64,000 nt of DNA from Glaucostegus cemiculus (GCA_976551045.1 CDPCPM010000049.1:4836001-4900000), one strand, 5' to 3'. Shown: positions 1 to 13,384, counted from the first letter of the stretch. The notes: a model not told the origin generated them from the sequence alone. Program-made: numbers and translations.

Positions 1-129
1 CATGAAATTACTTGGAGCTATAGAAATGGTTCTGTCATTTTTTTGAAAACTTAAGATGAGGGGCAAAGGTATGAGCTAGGAGCGGGAGTGGGCCTGTCAA
101 GAGTGCTATTCTATTTAATACGATCACAA

Positions 130-1070
130 CTGATCTGATTGTAACCCAACTTCACATTTCTGTCTCCCCACAGTAACCTTTCGCCACCATTATTTATCAC
201 GTATCTACCTCTGTCCTTAAAAATGTTCAAAGACTCTGTTTCCACCAGCCTTTGAGGAAGAATTCCAACAGCACTTCATCTTCTGAAAGAGAAAGTTTCA
301 CCTCTTCTCTCTCAGACAGCCAGATATTTATACAGTGACTCCCAGGCATCTTCTCTATATCTGCACTGTCAGGACCATTCAGGGACTTGTATCTGTCTGT
401 CAATTCCCCATTCACTCTTCTAAACTTCAGTGGTTAGAAGCCTAGCCTGTCAGTCTTTCCTCTTAAAGTAACCTACCCATTCTAGTTATTGGTATAAGCT
501 GTTTCCAACAGATTTAACATCCTTCTTTAAATAAGGAGACCCAGTACTATACATGGTACCCCAGATGTGGTCTTACCAATGCCCCATATAACTAAAGCAT
601 TACCTTATTGATGTATTCTGTCCCTCTAACAATAACAGTGACATTCTGTTAGCTTTCCTAATTACTTGCTGTACCTGCATATTAGCCTTTTTGAATCATG
701 CACCAGGGCACCCAGGTCCCTCTGCATCTCAGAGCTCTGCAGTCTTTCAACTTTAGATGATGTACTTTATTTTTCCTCCCAAAATGAGCAATTTCATATT
801 TTCTCACATTATACTCTGTTTTCTGGATCTTTGGCCACTCACTTGAGCTATCAGTATCTTTTTGTAGTGTCCTGATAGCTTCTTCACAGTTCACTTTACT
901 ATTTGGTATTATTGTCAAATTTAACAGCATCTTCATCCAAATCATTTCAAGAAATTGTAAAACAAAAATGAAGCTTGAGCACCAGTCGCTCTGGCGTACG
1001 ATTCAATACATCTTTCCAACCTATTTGTTACTACTCTTTTTCCCGTTAGCCAGTCAATCTTCTCTGCGCA
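130..1070 (-). mobile_element. Old CR1-type LINE 3' fragment
   Basis: Minus-strand translation NVRKYEIAHFGRKN resembles the CR1 KCEVxHFGRxN motif; heavily decayed. Confidence 0.65.
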
Positions 1071-1201
1071 CCAGTAACTAGGTTACTGGTACCACAACAG
1101 TTCCGTATCCTTTGTCCTTCATTTTACAATGACCTAGAAAATCTCATCATTACTTATGTTTTTAACATCATTATTTACATTTTGCAATTGTCTGTTTCCA
1201 G

Positions 1202-1298
1202 TCAAGCCAAATTGGACTTAATTTTGCAAGTGAAGAAGAGGCAAGAAGATTTAGATATGCAGTAAATGACATAATTGGAAGACGTCAAAGGAGAACTG
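1202..1298 (+). CDS. WASL: N-WASP internal exon, C-terminal end of WH1/EVH1 domain (gene starts upstream of window)
   Basis: tttccag|TCA...ACTG|gtttgt; translates SSQIGLNFASEEEARRFRYAVNDIIGRRQRRT, matching N-WASP LNFANEEEAKKFRKAVTDLLGRRQRKS; 97 nt, phase 0 to 1. Confidence 0.93.
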
Positions 1299-1641
1299 GT
1301 TTGTGTTCGAAATGTATTTCAGATGTGTGCTTTTTGAAATGGCCCTTTGTAGTTCTAATTCAGAGTTTCAACATAGTGGGCTGTTTAATACTTTTTACCA
1401 CTTAATTTCACTGCATGTTCCTCAGTAGAATTGATGACTATTTAACACTTCAGCCACTACATTTTACCATCGTTTTTCTTTGTGCCCTGAGGAATTAATC
1501 TGAGCTACACGCACATCTTAGTGAGGTAACCAAATAATGCTGCATCAACTTAATGGACACAGAACTATTTAATTTAAAAGTAGGTTCAAATGTGATTTAT
1601 TTATAGATTTCTATATATCTTTAATTTTTTTGTTTCAACAG

Positions 1642-1671
1642 AGAAAAGACGTGATCCACCTCCTTTAAATG
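1642..1671 (+). CDS. WASL: N-WASP 30-nt micro-exon (E)KRRDPPPLN(G)
   Basis: tttttgtttcaacag|AGAAAAGA...AATG|gtatgt; matches human EKRRDPPNG with 2 extra residues; phase 1 to 1. Confidence 0.92.
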
Positions 1672-1719
1672 GTATGTATTTGACCTTGGTATTAATTAGA
1701 TTAACTAATTTAAGCTGAA

Positions 1720-2265
1720 GCAAAATAGTGCAAATGTTGAAAATCTGAACTAAAAGTAGAAAGTGTTGCAGAGAGAAACAAAATATGCATTTCAGATAAA
1801 TGTTGTCTCATCAGAACTGAAAGCCATTGTAAGTAGAAATGAAGAAGGGATGGATCTGTGAAAGGGCAGAATTTAGGATTGTTTAAATGACCAAATAACA
1901 TTGTCAAACAAAATGATTCACTTTATAGTTTTCAGAGCCAACATTTGAGTTTAACATCTTAACAATTGGCCCAGCCACTCCCATTTTCTTTTTCTGGACA
2001 ACAACCGTTGGTAAATTCTGTTCCCATTTCTCCAGATCCGTTTTTGTTTCTTGTCCCATCACTATTATCTTTGCCTTGTATTATTAACAATTTTGTTGTT
2101 TCATTTATTTCCTTCCTCAACATTGACATTTCCCTTCTGCCCTGCCACTGTATCACCAACTGTTTACAGTTCTGATGAAAGCTTGTCGATCTAAAATGTA
2201 ACTTTGCCTCTCCCATCACTCATTCTGCCTTGCTTGAATATTTCAGACATCAGCTGCATTTTGCC
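1720..2265. mobile_element. Two inverted, decayed Penelope-like terminal fragments (about 1720-1870 minus, about 2090-2265 plus)
   Basis: Both carry CAGTTCTGATGA cores and resemble the element at 41311-41785. Confidence 0.55.
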
Positions 2266-2669
2266 TTTGGAGGCGAAAAGACAGATGGTGTCCACAGTAT
2301 GTGGAAGTGGAAAATGCACTGCACTTACGATGTAAAATACTCTGCAATAACTTGCTCAGGCCTCTTCCAACAGCACCTCCCAATCCAGTAATTTCTACCA
2401 GCATGAAGGATAAGAGCAACATGAGAACATCACCACCTGCAAGTTCTCCTCCAAAGTCATTTGCCATTATGGTTTCAAAGTATATTGCCTGTCCTTCGTT
2501 GTCACTAGGTCTAATTTCTGCAACTCCTTGCCTATGACACTGTGGGAGTATTCTGACTGGAAAAACTGTAAAAATATCACACCACTTTCTGAAGGGCAGT
2601 TAGAGATGCCCAGGTCCATGAAAACGAATAAGTAAATGAATAAAAACTGGTTATAACCTGGAGGGAGGC

Positions 2670-3540
2670 CATTAAGCCCACCATCGTGTAAGAGCAGTCC
2701 AGCTAGTCCCACTCCCCTGTCCTCTCTCCCCAATCCTGCAATTTTTTTAGCCTTTCAGGGGCTTATCTAACTCCCTATTGAACATCACAGTTGATTCTGT
2801 GTCTATTCTACCCCTGGTGGAACATGGAGCATCTTAACCACTCAGACCTTAACCACTCGCTACATAAAAGTTTTCCCTCATGACATTTTTAAGTTCTTTT
2901 GCTAGTCACTTTCATGTTCCCTAGATCTTGACCTTTTTGCCAGTGGGGCTATTTTTCTCCATCTAGTTAATCTATACCTTTCATAATTTTAAATGCCATC
3001 ATCAGATCCCCTAGCAACTACCTCTAATCCAAGGAGAGTAACGCCAGTTCCTCCAGTCTGTCTCATCCACAGAATCATTCCAGTAAATCTCTTTTGCACC
3101 CTCTAAAGTGTTTACATATTTCCTAAAGCATGATGTCTAGAATGGACAGTTGTGGCCAAACCAATGAATCAAAGTGTGTTTAAATGTTCTTTGACTTCCT
3201 TAAATCATCTGCTTCTATTTATAAAACTCAAGCTTCTGAATGCTTCTTTTTAACTATCTTAACCTGCTCTGTTGCTTCCAATGAACTATGCACATGTAAC
3301 CCCAAATCTGTTTTTGTATCCCCTTTTAGAACAGTGCCCTTCAGTTTATATTGTCTCTTCATTTTTCCAACAAATATGTAAAACTACATTTCTTAACATT
3401 AAATTCTACTGCTACTTCTCTGTCCATCCAGCAGCTTGTCTATTATCTCCGTGAAGTCTGTCACTATCCACCTGATAACACCCCCAGGTTTCATTTCACG
3501 TCCAGATTTGGAAATTGTGCCCTATACATTAAAGTCATTA
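2670..3540 (-). mobile_element. Old CR1-type LINE 3' fragment
   Basis: ggaggccatt..gccc tail and gtaaatctcttttgcaccctct, the reverse complement of the CR1 LERVQRRFT region. Confidence 0.55.
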
Positions 3541-4354
3541 AAATAAAGAGAGGCTGCAATCTTAATATGTGTAGAATATGTAGTATTATTACACATGGAT
3601 GAAGGCCACTTCATCCATTGGCCCTGGGCTGACTCCATTTCAGCCCCATTCCCTAGCTTTTATCCCACTTTTTTCCTCCTAGTACAAATCCAGTTCCTCT
3701 TCAAAAATGATGACCTAAATGTCTTCCCACCACTCTGAGCAAGTAAAGGCCAGCTGATGCCTCCACTGTAAGTGGAAAAAGGTTTTTCTTCATGTAATCC
3801 CTGGTTCTTTTGCCACTGGCACCAAATCTATAGTTCCTGGCTAATCTGCTGATGGAAACACTTTTCCTTTTATTCACTGTCTAGACCCTGTAAAGGCTGA
3901 AGGATGGGTAGGACTATTTTTGATGAGTATGTTTATGTATAGCGGAAGAAAGGAGGCTGTGAACAGTTAGGTGTAGAGATAATAAAGGTATTGAGGTGGG
4001 TGATGTTACGCTGGTGGAAATAAGCAGTTTGTGATGGAGCAGAAATGTAAATGAAAATCAGTTCTCTGTTAAAATCAGTGCCTAAATTGTCAGACTCAAC
4101 TTTGGACTCTGGCAGGATGGGAATGGTAGCCAGGGAACTAAGTTTGTGGCAGGATCAAAGATAATATCTTCAATCTTCCACGCATTTATTTATGATAATT
4201 TATTTCAGTTAAGTAGTATCACAAATCTGTAAGACTGGTCCAATGAGGTGTTTGAGAAAGGCAGAAACTGAGAGCTGAGTACCATCAATATAAAATTGGA
4301 GTGCTGTTGTTGTACCTTTGTTTTCTGCTGAGGAAATCTACAGAAGTAAAAAAT

Positions 4355-4820
4355 AGAATCATGGAAAATTACAAGGTGGAAGTAGACTATTCAGCTCATC
4401 ATGTCACATGTCAAGAGGTATTAAGGTTGATGTCACCTTCCAACTCCTGTTCTGTAGCCATTTACATTACATTACTTCAAGTTCATCCAGAGGCATATTT
4501 AACTATAATCTGGGTTTCTGCCTCAACCACCATAGGCCCCAACATTCTTTAGATGGAAGATATTACCCTTAACTCTCCTCTAATACTTCCATCACCACCC
4601 CTGGTTTTAAACCCCTCTTCTTTATTCGCTCATCTAAGGCATCTCAAGTTTATATCCCAAAATTAAATTTCCCCTTGGCTTTCACTAGTATAAAGAACAC
4701 CAGACCTGTCAACCTAATTAAATGTTACCATTTATGGTTGTGTCTTTCTTGAACCCCTACGCCAGTGTTACTGCATCCTTCTTGTAATGTTGCGACTAAA
4801 ACTAGCATGTTCTAGCTGTG
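4355..4820 (-). mobile_element. Decayed CR1-type 3' fragment
   Basis: atagaatcat...tattcagctcatc tail pattern shared with other CR1 copies in the window. Confidence 0.4.
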
Positions 4821-5955
4821 GCACAACTGGTATTTTGTACACTTGCTGAATAGCAAAGGGACAGAACACTGGTAATACTTGGCAGATCAAGCAGCATTGG
4901 GAGTGGCAAGATAGGGGTTATTTTTGCTGCCCGGGATGTATTTTGGGGCAGATCTTCCATGTTCTGAAGATGGCTGTGAGGTTTATTCCTGCACATACCC
5001 TGGCGTCGTCTTTCACTTGAGACCCTGCTCCAGTTCTTGGCCAGTTGCAGGAGGCTATCTCAGTGCAGATGGCCTATTGTGCTCAGAACAGCTTTGACAA
5101 TCACCATTTAGGAACTTTTCTTTTTTAAAAAAAACACTTTTTCTTAGAAACTTTATGTTTGTAAAGCACTGTACAACAGTCACACACTAAATAGCCATTA
5201 AAAGCATAGAGCCTAAAATAAATACATTTAAAAAAAAATCTCTTCACAGCAGCCAATTTCTCCTATTCATTGAATCGGGACTGCTGTGTTTATGCCAGGT
5301 CCAGAGCGTATTTGTCAGGTGGGCTTCCCAACTCTAGAGCTTGGAAGCCTGCATAAGTTCATGTTGCTGCATAGAACTCCACGAGCAGCATAGCTGATGG
5401 CATGGCACAAGATACTGTTACCAACGCTGGATACTGGGACTTCCTCGGGGGAAACACAGCTAAGTCCTGGCACTTGTGCTGGAATCAGGGTGAAAACTCT
5501 GCTTCCTTATTTGCAGCATCGTCAAGGGCATTTAGTTCCATTATTTTTGGACAGATCTGGTAATGGATAGCTAAACTACTGTGTATCAGATATACTGAAA
5601 TTTTATACCTTTCTTGTGGAAGTGAAAATGCAAATCATAATGGGGGAATAATCAGGATGTTATAAAAGTGTAATCTTTAATGAAAGTATAGGTTCATGGA
5701 CTACAAACTAGTTCAAAATTTATCACCAGGTAAAGTAATTAGAAGATCCAAAACTCCTCTATCTCTATACAACTTATTAGTAAAAGTACAAGTAATCCTT
5801 GAAGGTCATTATTTAGAGAAAACAGTACTTTCTTCATGGAATCACTGAATTAGGTCATCAAACTTCCAAGTTTGGGAGGATAACTTGCACTGTAGATTTT
5901 TTTGCCTTGGGGAATGCATTGTCAGTGTAAAATTAGACAATGATATTTGAATGAT

Positions 5956-7790
5956 ATTTCAGAAGCAAGGATCAGACAGGGCTCTAGAAAGTTACAAATC
6001 AGCCAGGAAGGAGCTTAAGAATGGATTTAGGAGAGCCAGAAGGGGACATGGGCAGGATTAAGGAAAACTCCAAGGCACTCTACTTGTATATGAAGAACAG
6101 GAGGATGACTAGAGTGAAGGCAAAACTGATTACGGATAGAGGAGGAAACGTGCCTGGAGTTGGAGGAGGTAGGGGAAGTCCTTAATGAATACTTTGCTTC
6201 AGTATTTACCTGTGAGAGAATCCTTGACATTTGTGAGGAGGATGTGCTGGAACTTTTGGAAAACATTAGGATAGACAAGTCCCCGGGGCCAGACAAGATA
6301 GATCCCGGGATACTACAGGAGGTGAGGGAAGAGATTTCTAAGCCCTTGGCGATGATCTTTCTGTCCTCACTGGCCTCAGGAGTAGTACCAGATGATTGAA
6401 GGATAACAAATGTTATTGCTTTGTTCAAGAAAGGGAGTAGGGATAACCCTGGGAATTATAGACCAGTAAGTCTTACTTCAATGATGGACAAATTATTGGA
6501 AAAGATTCTTAGGGATGGGATTTATGAGCATTTGGAGAAGCATAGACTGATTAGGGATAGTCAGCATGGCTTTGTGAAGGGCAGGTCATGCCTCGTGAGC
6601 CTGATTGAATTCTTTGAGGATTTGACAAAACACATTGAGGGTAGAGCAGTGGATGTGGTGTGTATGGACTTCAGTAAGGTGTTAGATAAGGTTCCCCATG
6701 ATATGCTCATTCAGGTCAGGAGGCATGGGATCCAGGGAAACTTGGCTGTGTGGATTAAGAATTGGCTCGCCAATAGAAGGCAGAGGGCGGTTGTAGATGG
6801 AGTGTATTCTGCCTGGTGGTTGGTGACCACTGGTGTTCCATGGGGATCTGTTCTGGGTCCCCTGCTCTTTGTAATTTTTATAAATGACTTGGATGAGGAA
6901 GTGGAAGGGTGGGTTAGTAAGTTTGCAGATGACATGAAGGTTAGTGGTGTTGAGGATGGTGTCGAAGGTTACAATGGGATATTGACAGGATGCAAAGCTG
7001 GGCTGAGAAGTGGCAGATGGAGGTCAACCCAGAAAAGTGTGAAGTGATTCACTTTGGAAGATCAAATTTGAAGGCAGAATACATGGTTGATGGCAGGATT
7101 CTTAGAAGTGTGGAGGAACAGAGGGATCTTGGGGTCCAAGTCCATAGATCCCTCAAAGTTGCATGCAAGTAGATAGGGTTATTTAATAAAAGGCATATTG
7201 CTTGTTGATCTTAGTCGGGGGATTGAGTTCAAGAGCCGTGAGGCTCTAAAACTTTGGTTGCTGCTCAAACTCTGGTTAGACCCCTACACTTAGAATATTA
7301 TGTTCAGTTCTGAGCACTTCACCATAGGAAGGATGTGGAATTTTTAGAGAGGGTGCAGGGGAGATTTACCAGGATGCTGCCTGATTGAGGACAAGTTGAG
7401 CGAGCTGGGGCTTTTCTCTTTGGAGCGATGGAGGGTGAGAGGTAACCTGATAGAGGTGTACAAGATGATAAGAGGCATAAAGCCAGAGAATTCTTCCTAG
7501 GGTGGAAACGGCTAACACGGGGGCATAATGTTAAGGTGATTGGAGGGAAGTACAGGGGGGATATCAGAGGTAAGTTTTTTTTACACAGTGGTGGGTGCAT
7601 GGAACGTGTTGTGAGGGGTGTTGTAGAGGCAGATACATTAGAGACATTTAGGAGACTCAGATAGGCATATGGATGGTAGAAAAATGGAGGGGTATGTGGG
7701 AGAGAATGGTTAGATTGATCTTAGAGTAGGTTCAAAGGTCAGCCTAACATTATAGGCCAAAGAGCCTGTGCTGTAAGGTTCTGTGTTCTA
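5956..7790 (+). mobile_element. 5'-truncated CR1 LINE with reverse-transcriptase pseudo-ORF
   Basis: [67 protein letters not shown]; stop at about 6397 plus frameshifts; 3' tail gttctgtgttcta. Confidence 0.93.
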
Positions 7791-8739
7791 ATTGGTCAAG
7801 TGATTAAATGTGGTTTTGTCCAGTATATCTTGAACTTGAGGGTTGCAAGCCCAGCATTTCTGGATTTCACGGGCAACATTTTTGTTAAATGTATAATAGG
7901 TGTTGAGGCATGTTGCCCGTAGTACCTCAGAAATTACTCGTACAGGTATTCTATTAATTGAGATCCCCTCTTTTAATTAATTACATATTTCCATGGTCAC
8001 ATTGGTACATATTATAATTTAAATGACATGGACCAGAAAAGCTTCTTTCCGAGTAGAATAATCTGATAAATTAAAAGTGGTCTTTTGTAAAGTCATGTGG
8101 GCAATGTACCATAATGGCATTTCCTTGATTCTTGACTGAATGCGAAATTATTTCTTATCTACTTTAGAAGCAAATAAAGTGTTCTTTTTTTTCCAACAAG
8201 AGTATATTTTAATTTTGGTGTCAACAGGTGTTTCACATTCTCACTTTCCAAATTATGACCCATCATGAATGTGTGCCAGAACCCTCCCATTTTTTTGTTA
8301 AATTTATCTGCTGAATAAATTTGTTGGTTAATGATTGGGGAAAACTCGGTACTTAAGTTTATATTGCTTTGTTTGAGGATGATAGTGAATTACAATACGA
8401 CTTCTATCTCACATGTACAGAAGAACAGATCTAAGCTAAAAGGTATGTTTTAAATCCATTGTCTTCAATGTAATTGTACATTTTTCACTCAGTTTACCAA
8501 TTGTGAAGAAATTTCACGTGCAAGTTGGTTGATTTTACTGGGAAACAATTTTTGAAGGAGTTGTACTGAGTTTGAGTCTTCAGTGTTGTATTAGTTACAG
8601 AAAGTACTGAAAAGTAAAGGCACTTAAATGTTTGGCTTCTTTAAGAAAACAAAAGAATAGTTCTGATAAAAAGGATTTTGCCTCTATAGAGTTAAAATGG
8701 TTATATGTAGGGAGATTGGTTATTGATGAGCTCCCTTTT

Positions 8740-8990
8740 GGCACCATCCTGTGCATTTGCTTACAGTAGTCTTCCTTATATTAAGGAGCTCATGCACAGA
8801 TAGGATAACCATGTTGGGGAACACCTTTTTTTCAATCCATAAGTGTTAACTTGATCTTCCGATCCCCTGTTACTTTAATTCTTGTCCCATTTGCAGTCTG
8901 ACCTCTGTCCTGTACTTCTTGAGAGTACCTCGACATAAGCTTGAGGAGCAGCATTTCATCATTCAGTTAACCATATTACAGCCTTCTAAG
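8740..8990 (+). mobile_element. Penelope-like element GIY-YIG endonuclease relic
   Basis: 8934-8987 reads HKLEEQHFIIQLTILQPS, resembling the PLE C-terminal motif RKLEEQHLIFRLGTLQP. Confidence 0.6.
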
Positions 8991-9189
8991 AAGGGCAAGC
9001 CAAGGCACCATGGTTCAGATGGTAAATCAAGACACGAGAACTGAGTATAAAGATCACTCAAAAAGAAAAAATACAAGAAGAACTATTTATTTAAATTGTC
9101 AATGGGCTCTTAGTCAAAGAAGGAAGTATGGACATGGGAAACCAGGAATTAGTGAGCAAATGAGTAATTTATGTCTTATTTTTTCTTAG

Positions 9190-9355
9190 GGCCTTCTCTT
9201 CCTATGGCTACAGTTGACATTAAGAATCCAGAAATTACCAATGTTCGATATAATGCACAAGTTAACAATTTTGTATATGCCAAAGATAAGAAGAAAGCAA
9301 AAGGTAAAAAGAAGAAATTGACAAAGGCGGACATTGGCACACCAAGTAACTTCCA
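9190..9355 (+). CDS. WASL: N-WASP exon: basic region and start of CRIB/GBD
   Basis: ttttcttag|GG...TTCCA|gtaagc; PSLPMATVDIKNPEIT...KKKKLTKADIGTPSNFQ. Confidence 0.96.
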
Positions 9356-11004
9356 GTAAGCGTTCTTGATGGTTCAGTACAAACAAATGACTTTTTAAAA
9401 TTCCTTTCTGCATGTTAATCTCAACTTTTTTTCAATGGTTTTATGTGAACTAATGGTTAATCAGTAAAATCTAATACTTTTCTGACTGAAAGTTTCAGAC
9501 TTATGAAACTGCAAGGGGTTTTGTGATTCACACACTGAGCTGTTTGGTTTGTATAGTTCTCCAGTCCTATCGCAGTTTTTCTACTTGCAAAATGTTTGCA
9601 GCACATTAAATACACGTGAGCATCTTGTTGGTAGTTTAAAAAAAACAGTGAAAGTTCATTTCCGAAGTTTAAATTCTTGGTTTGCATAAACGTGAGGGAA
9701 TATCTGCAAGTTGTTAACTGCATTGTTGTGGATGGGTTTCCTTTGAATACCATGTCTAAAGTTTAAACTGTAATTGCAATTAAATGTACATAAAGCCACC
9801 AACTCACTATAAATTGTTTCAAATAAAAATTAATTCTTGTTTTTCTTTACTTTTTGCCTTTCAAATTTGGCATTCTATTTCGGTACTCAAAATGAGCTGT
9901 GCTGTCTACTTGTAAATTGGTTGAAAGTCTTTCTATTTATGCCATTTTCATGTACACCAGACATTGGTGCAAAGTGTCTGTATCATGAGTGATAAGGTGC
10001 CATTTTATATTTTAAAAGAGAGAATTTGAATTTAATAGCATAATAAAGTAACAAATGATGTATAGAAATCCCTCAAGTGGTTTGTAATAGTTCTTTATAT
10101 AATTTTGACTATGGTTTCTCTGCTTAATGGTTGAGGACCACAAAATTATGGTATCTCTGATGTTTTGTTTTTCTGTTTTATACTAAAAGCATTTAGTTGC
10201 TAAGGAAATCATAATTCCATGGTTACTTAATCATCTGTGTGGAACTTTCAACAAACCCTTTTTGTAACTTACATAATTCATTGTGTAAAGAATTATTTCA
10301 TGGTTTTACTTCCATAATGAAATTTTGGGAAATCTATTAATACAGAATTTGTAACTATTTTCTTTAGCCTTTTAAGCAAGGTAAATGTAAAATTCTCGAT
10401 ACTCGCAAATCTAAATTTTATAAGAACACAACCATTCACACCACTTACATTTTAAAATTCATTGCATTGAATTTAAGGAAAAGAAAGTTGTGAGTTTATG
10501 TTTGGTCTGAATGCTTTGAAACTAAAACAAAATAATCGTCTAATATTTTTAACACATTATTACTGAATCTGAATTGCTCAAACTACCTGTTCTCATGATG
10601 GCTTCTATAATAATTTTTATTTCTCAAGGAGGAAAAATATCAGCTGATTTTTCCCTTGTGCTTTCTATCAGTCCACACTTGAGGCTAGTATATATGAGCA
10701 TTTCCACAGGAAGGCTGGATTAGATTTTGTGTATTTACCTGCAGTTCATTTGGCTACCAGCAATTGAATAGCCTTTGGAAAATGCACTGGAGCAACACTA
10801 TTATCTGTTGTGCTAGCCTGTCACTACTTTCAAACTATTAAAGGGAAAATTATCCTATGCTCATTTGAATTTAGATTAATAGCCATCTCCTATCCTATAT
10901 TTCTTTACATCATACCAATGCTGCTTTAAAAGGGCCTCTTTTAAAATTTAACTTTAATTTTTTTATATTGAAAGTTGAATAAGATCTATATCTTTTATTT
11001 ATAG

Positions 11005-11047
11005 GCATATAGGACATGTTGGCTGGGACCCAAACACAGGTTTTGAT
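11005..11047 (+). CDS. WASL: N-WASP 43-nt exon: CRIB motif HIGHVGWDPNTGFD
   Basis: tttatag|GCATATA...TTTGAT|gtaagt; peptide identical to the N-WASP CRIB. Confidence 0.96.
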
Positions 11048-11666
11048 GTAAGTAATAAAAGTCTATTTTGAGATCAACAGCGGACATAGCTGGATAACTA
11101 AGGTGTATTACCATACTTTCAGATAGAAACAGCTCAGTTTTATAAATTTGCTTTGTGCTTCATTGCCAGTATACACATAAATATGCTGCAACTGTGTTTT
11201 GTCCCTTTCATTCCATGAAATAATACCTATGGGAAAAATGTTTTGGAAAATGAGGTCTGTTGTTACTTGCCTCCCGAAGGAGTTGTAGAGTCATCCTTTG
11301 GATTTTTTTTACATGGTATGCATTTGGCCTTTCTGCTAAGGTTTGTTATTAATTACAGCTTCACAATAGAGTTGTAAAGGGTGTTTTTGTACATGACCAT
11401 GGTTTTGATTTGAATTAAGCAGTTTCAGAGTGATATACAAACATTTCCTCTCAGTTATTTTACAGAAAATGAAGAGTACTTGTGAGATAAAACCATGTGT
11501 GCTGATAGCTCTTAATTGTAGCTTCAAACAGAATGTTGAAATGCATCAGTTGTCAGCATGTAGTCAACATACCTCCAAATGTAAAGTAGATTGGATAAAC
11601 TCTATTATATCATGAATCTGCAAAACTGGAGCTAGATTGATGCAACTGATGAATACCTATCAAAAT

Positions 11667-12049
11667 AAAAATTGTCAAGAATGAAATGCTCATTAGGCAA
11701 TTGCTAGATGCAGAGTGACACAGGCCATCCCATGGCTACAAATGGCCTTTGTTTTTATAGATGTCCATAAGTTGTTTTTGTCTGCAAGTCAGAAAATACA
11801 CAAAAACCACTTGATATATTGACCATATCTCCACAGCATTGTAATGAATGGCATCAAAAATTGTCAAGAATGAAATGCTCATTAGCCAGTTGCTAGATTC
11901 AGGGTGACACAGGCCATCCCATGGCTACAAATGGCCTCTGTTTTTATGTATGTCCCTAAGTTGTTTTTTGTCTGCAAGTCAGAAAATACACAAAAATCAC
12001 TTGATATATTGACCATATCTCCACAGCATTGTAATGAATGGCATCAAAA
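11667..12049 (+). repeat. Direct tandem duplication, 2 copies of about 190 bp, a few substitutions
   Basis: ttgtcaagaatgaaatgctc starts at 11672 and 11861; both copies end gaatggcatcaaaa. Confidence 0.95.
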
Positions 12050-12701
12050 GCACATAAGAGTGATAAGAAGGAACAATTACTAAAAGTGGATAGAGAGAGG
12101 GGAAACTAATTCAGCCATTCGTAGGAAAGAGCATATGTATGCATGTTGGACATTTGAATTTAAAAATATTGTAAGATCTTGTTCATGTGTATGTATGTCC
12201 GTAAGTCAGGTATTTGTAACCGGGGACAACCTGTACTACTTTGCTTTATCAGTTTTAAATTGCAATTAAGATCCAGCATTAGATTTGTGTAAAACTTCAT
12301 TTCCTATATATGTTGTTGTGCTCCTATTCATAGTGCTAATTATAGACAGATCTAAGGTGTGATACTTGCATTGAATGCTAACATTGTCGAGAAATACAAG
12401 CTCATAAGTGGTAAAGAATGAGATTGGGGGCAAGTGACATTGCTAGATTGGAATACTTTATATGGAAGGAAAAACATTGCAATACCCATCTAAGAATTGG
12501 GTGAGGATTCCTAATCCTAATTGAGTGCAATTTTTCTTGATAATGATTGTGCAGTGTAGTTGACCAGAACTTCCTTTATCCACTTAGCAATTGTTCAGAT
12601 ACAGCCTTCATTGGGACATGTAATGTATTTTACTTTGAATGTGGTTTTTGTTGAATCAACTTTAACTGATGCTTAAATATTTGTGTTGGTTTTACTTACA
12701 G

Positions 12702-12855
12702 CTGAATAATCTGGATCCCGAATTAAAACATCTGTTTGACATGTGTGGTATTTCTGAGTCACAGCTGAAGGACAAAGAAACATCAAAAATTATATATGAT
12801 TTTATAGAGAAAAAGGGAGGAGTTGAAGCTGTGAAAAATGAGCTGCGTCGACAGG
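12702..12855 (+). CDS. WASL: N-WASP exon: GBD autoinhibitory helices including the regulatory Tyr (IYDFI)
   Basis: ttacag|CTGAAT...CAGG|gtaagt; [51 protein letters not shown]. Confidence 0.97.
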
Positions 12856-13384
12856 GTAAGTTAATTTTCATATTTATGTGTTTTTCAGAATTAAAACTTT
12901 ACTTGACATTGAAATTAGTCAACAATGTTGAAACCCAAAACAGTTTATTCTTTGAATTGAAATTTCATTTTTTACAGTATGATATTTCCTTTAGATTTCA
13001 ATAATATTGTGACCCCTGCATTTTTTGGGGGGCAAGATGATCAAGCAATTTCTTCTAATTCATCTTCAATTTATAACACCTTGGGGGGGAAAAAAATTAT
13101 CCCTTTTCCCTTAAAGACAGGAAATTGTTTCTTTTATTTATCATTTTAAACTATTCATTATAAATATTGATATCTTTTAATGCTTCATTGAAAATAATCT
13201 TAAAATTTCTATTTGCTCCTAATAACCAGATTTCCATCTTTGGTGAATCCACCCTGTATATTTTAACACTATTTTATAGTGTACTGAAATCAAAATGGTG
13301 ACATGTAGCCAAACAATTGCCTCTTGTAAATTTATCATTATCTCTTTGCATCTGTATGCTGTGCTTATTTTTTTGAATTTTATT

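Noticed and set aside
6160-7172. Reverse transcriptase ORFs as an active or domesticated gene
   Set aside because: 5'-truncated CR1 with an in-frame stop, frameshifts and a PQG-to-PWG substitution.
11667-12049. Direct repeats as a CRISPR-like array or LTR pair
   Set aside because: Only two abutting copies, no spacers, no internal sequence, and a eukaryotic intron context.
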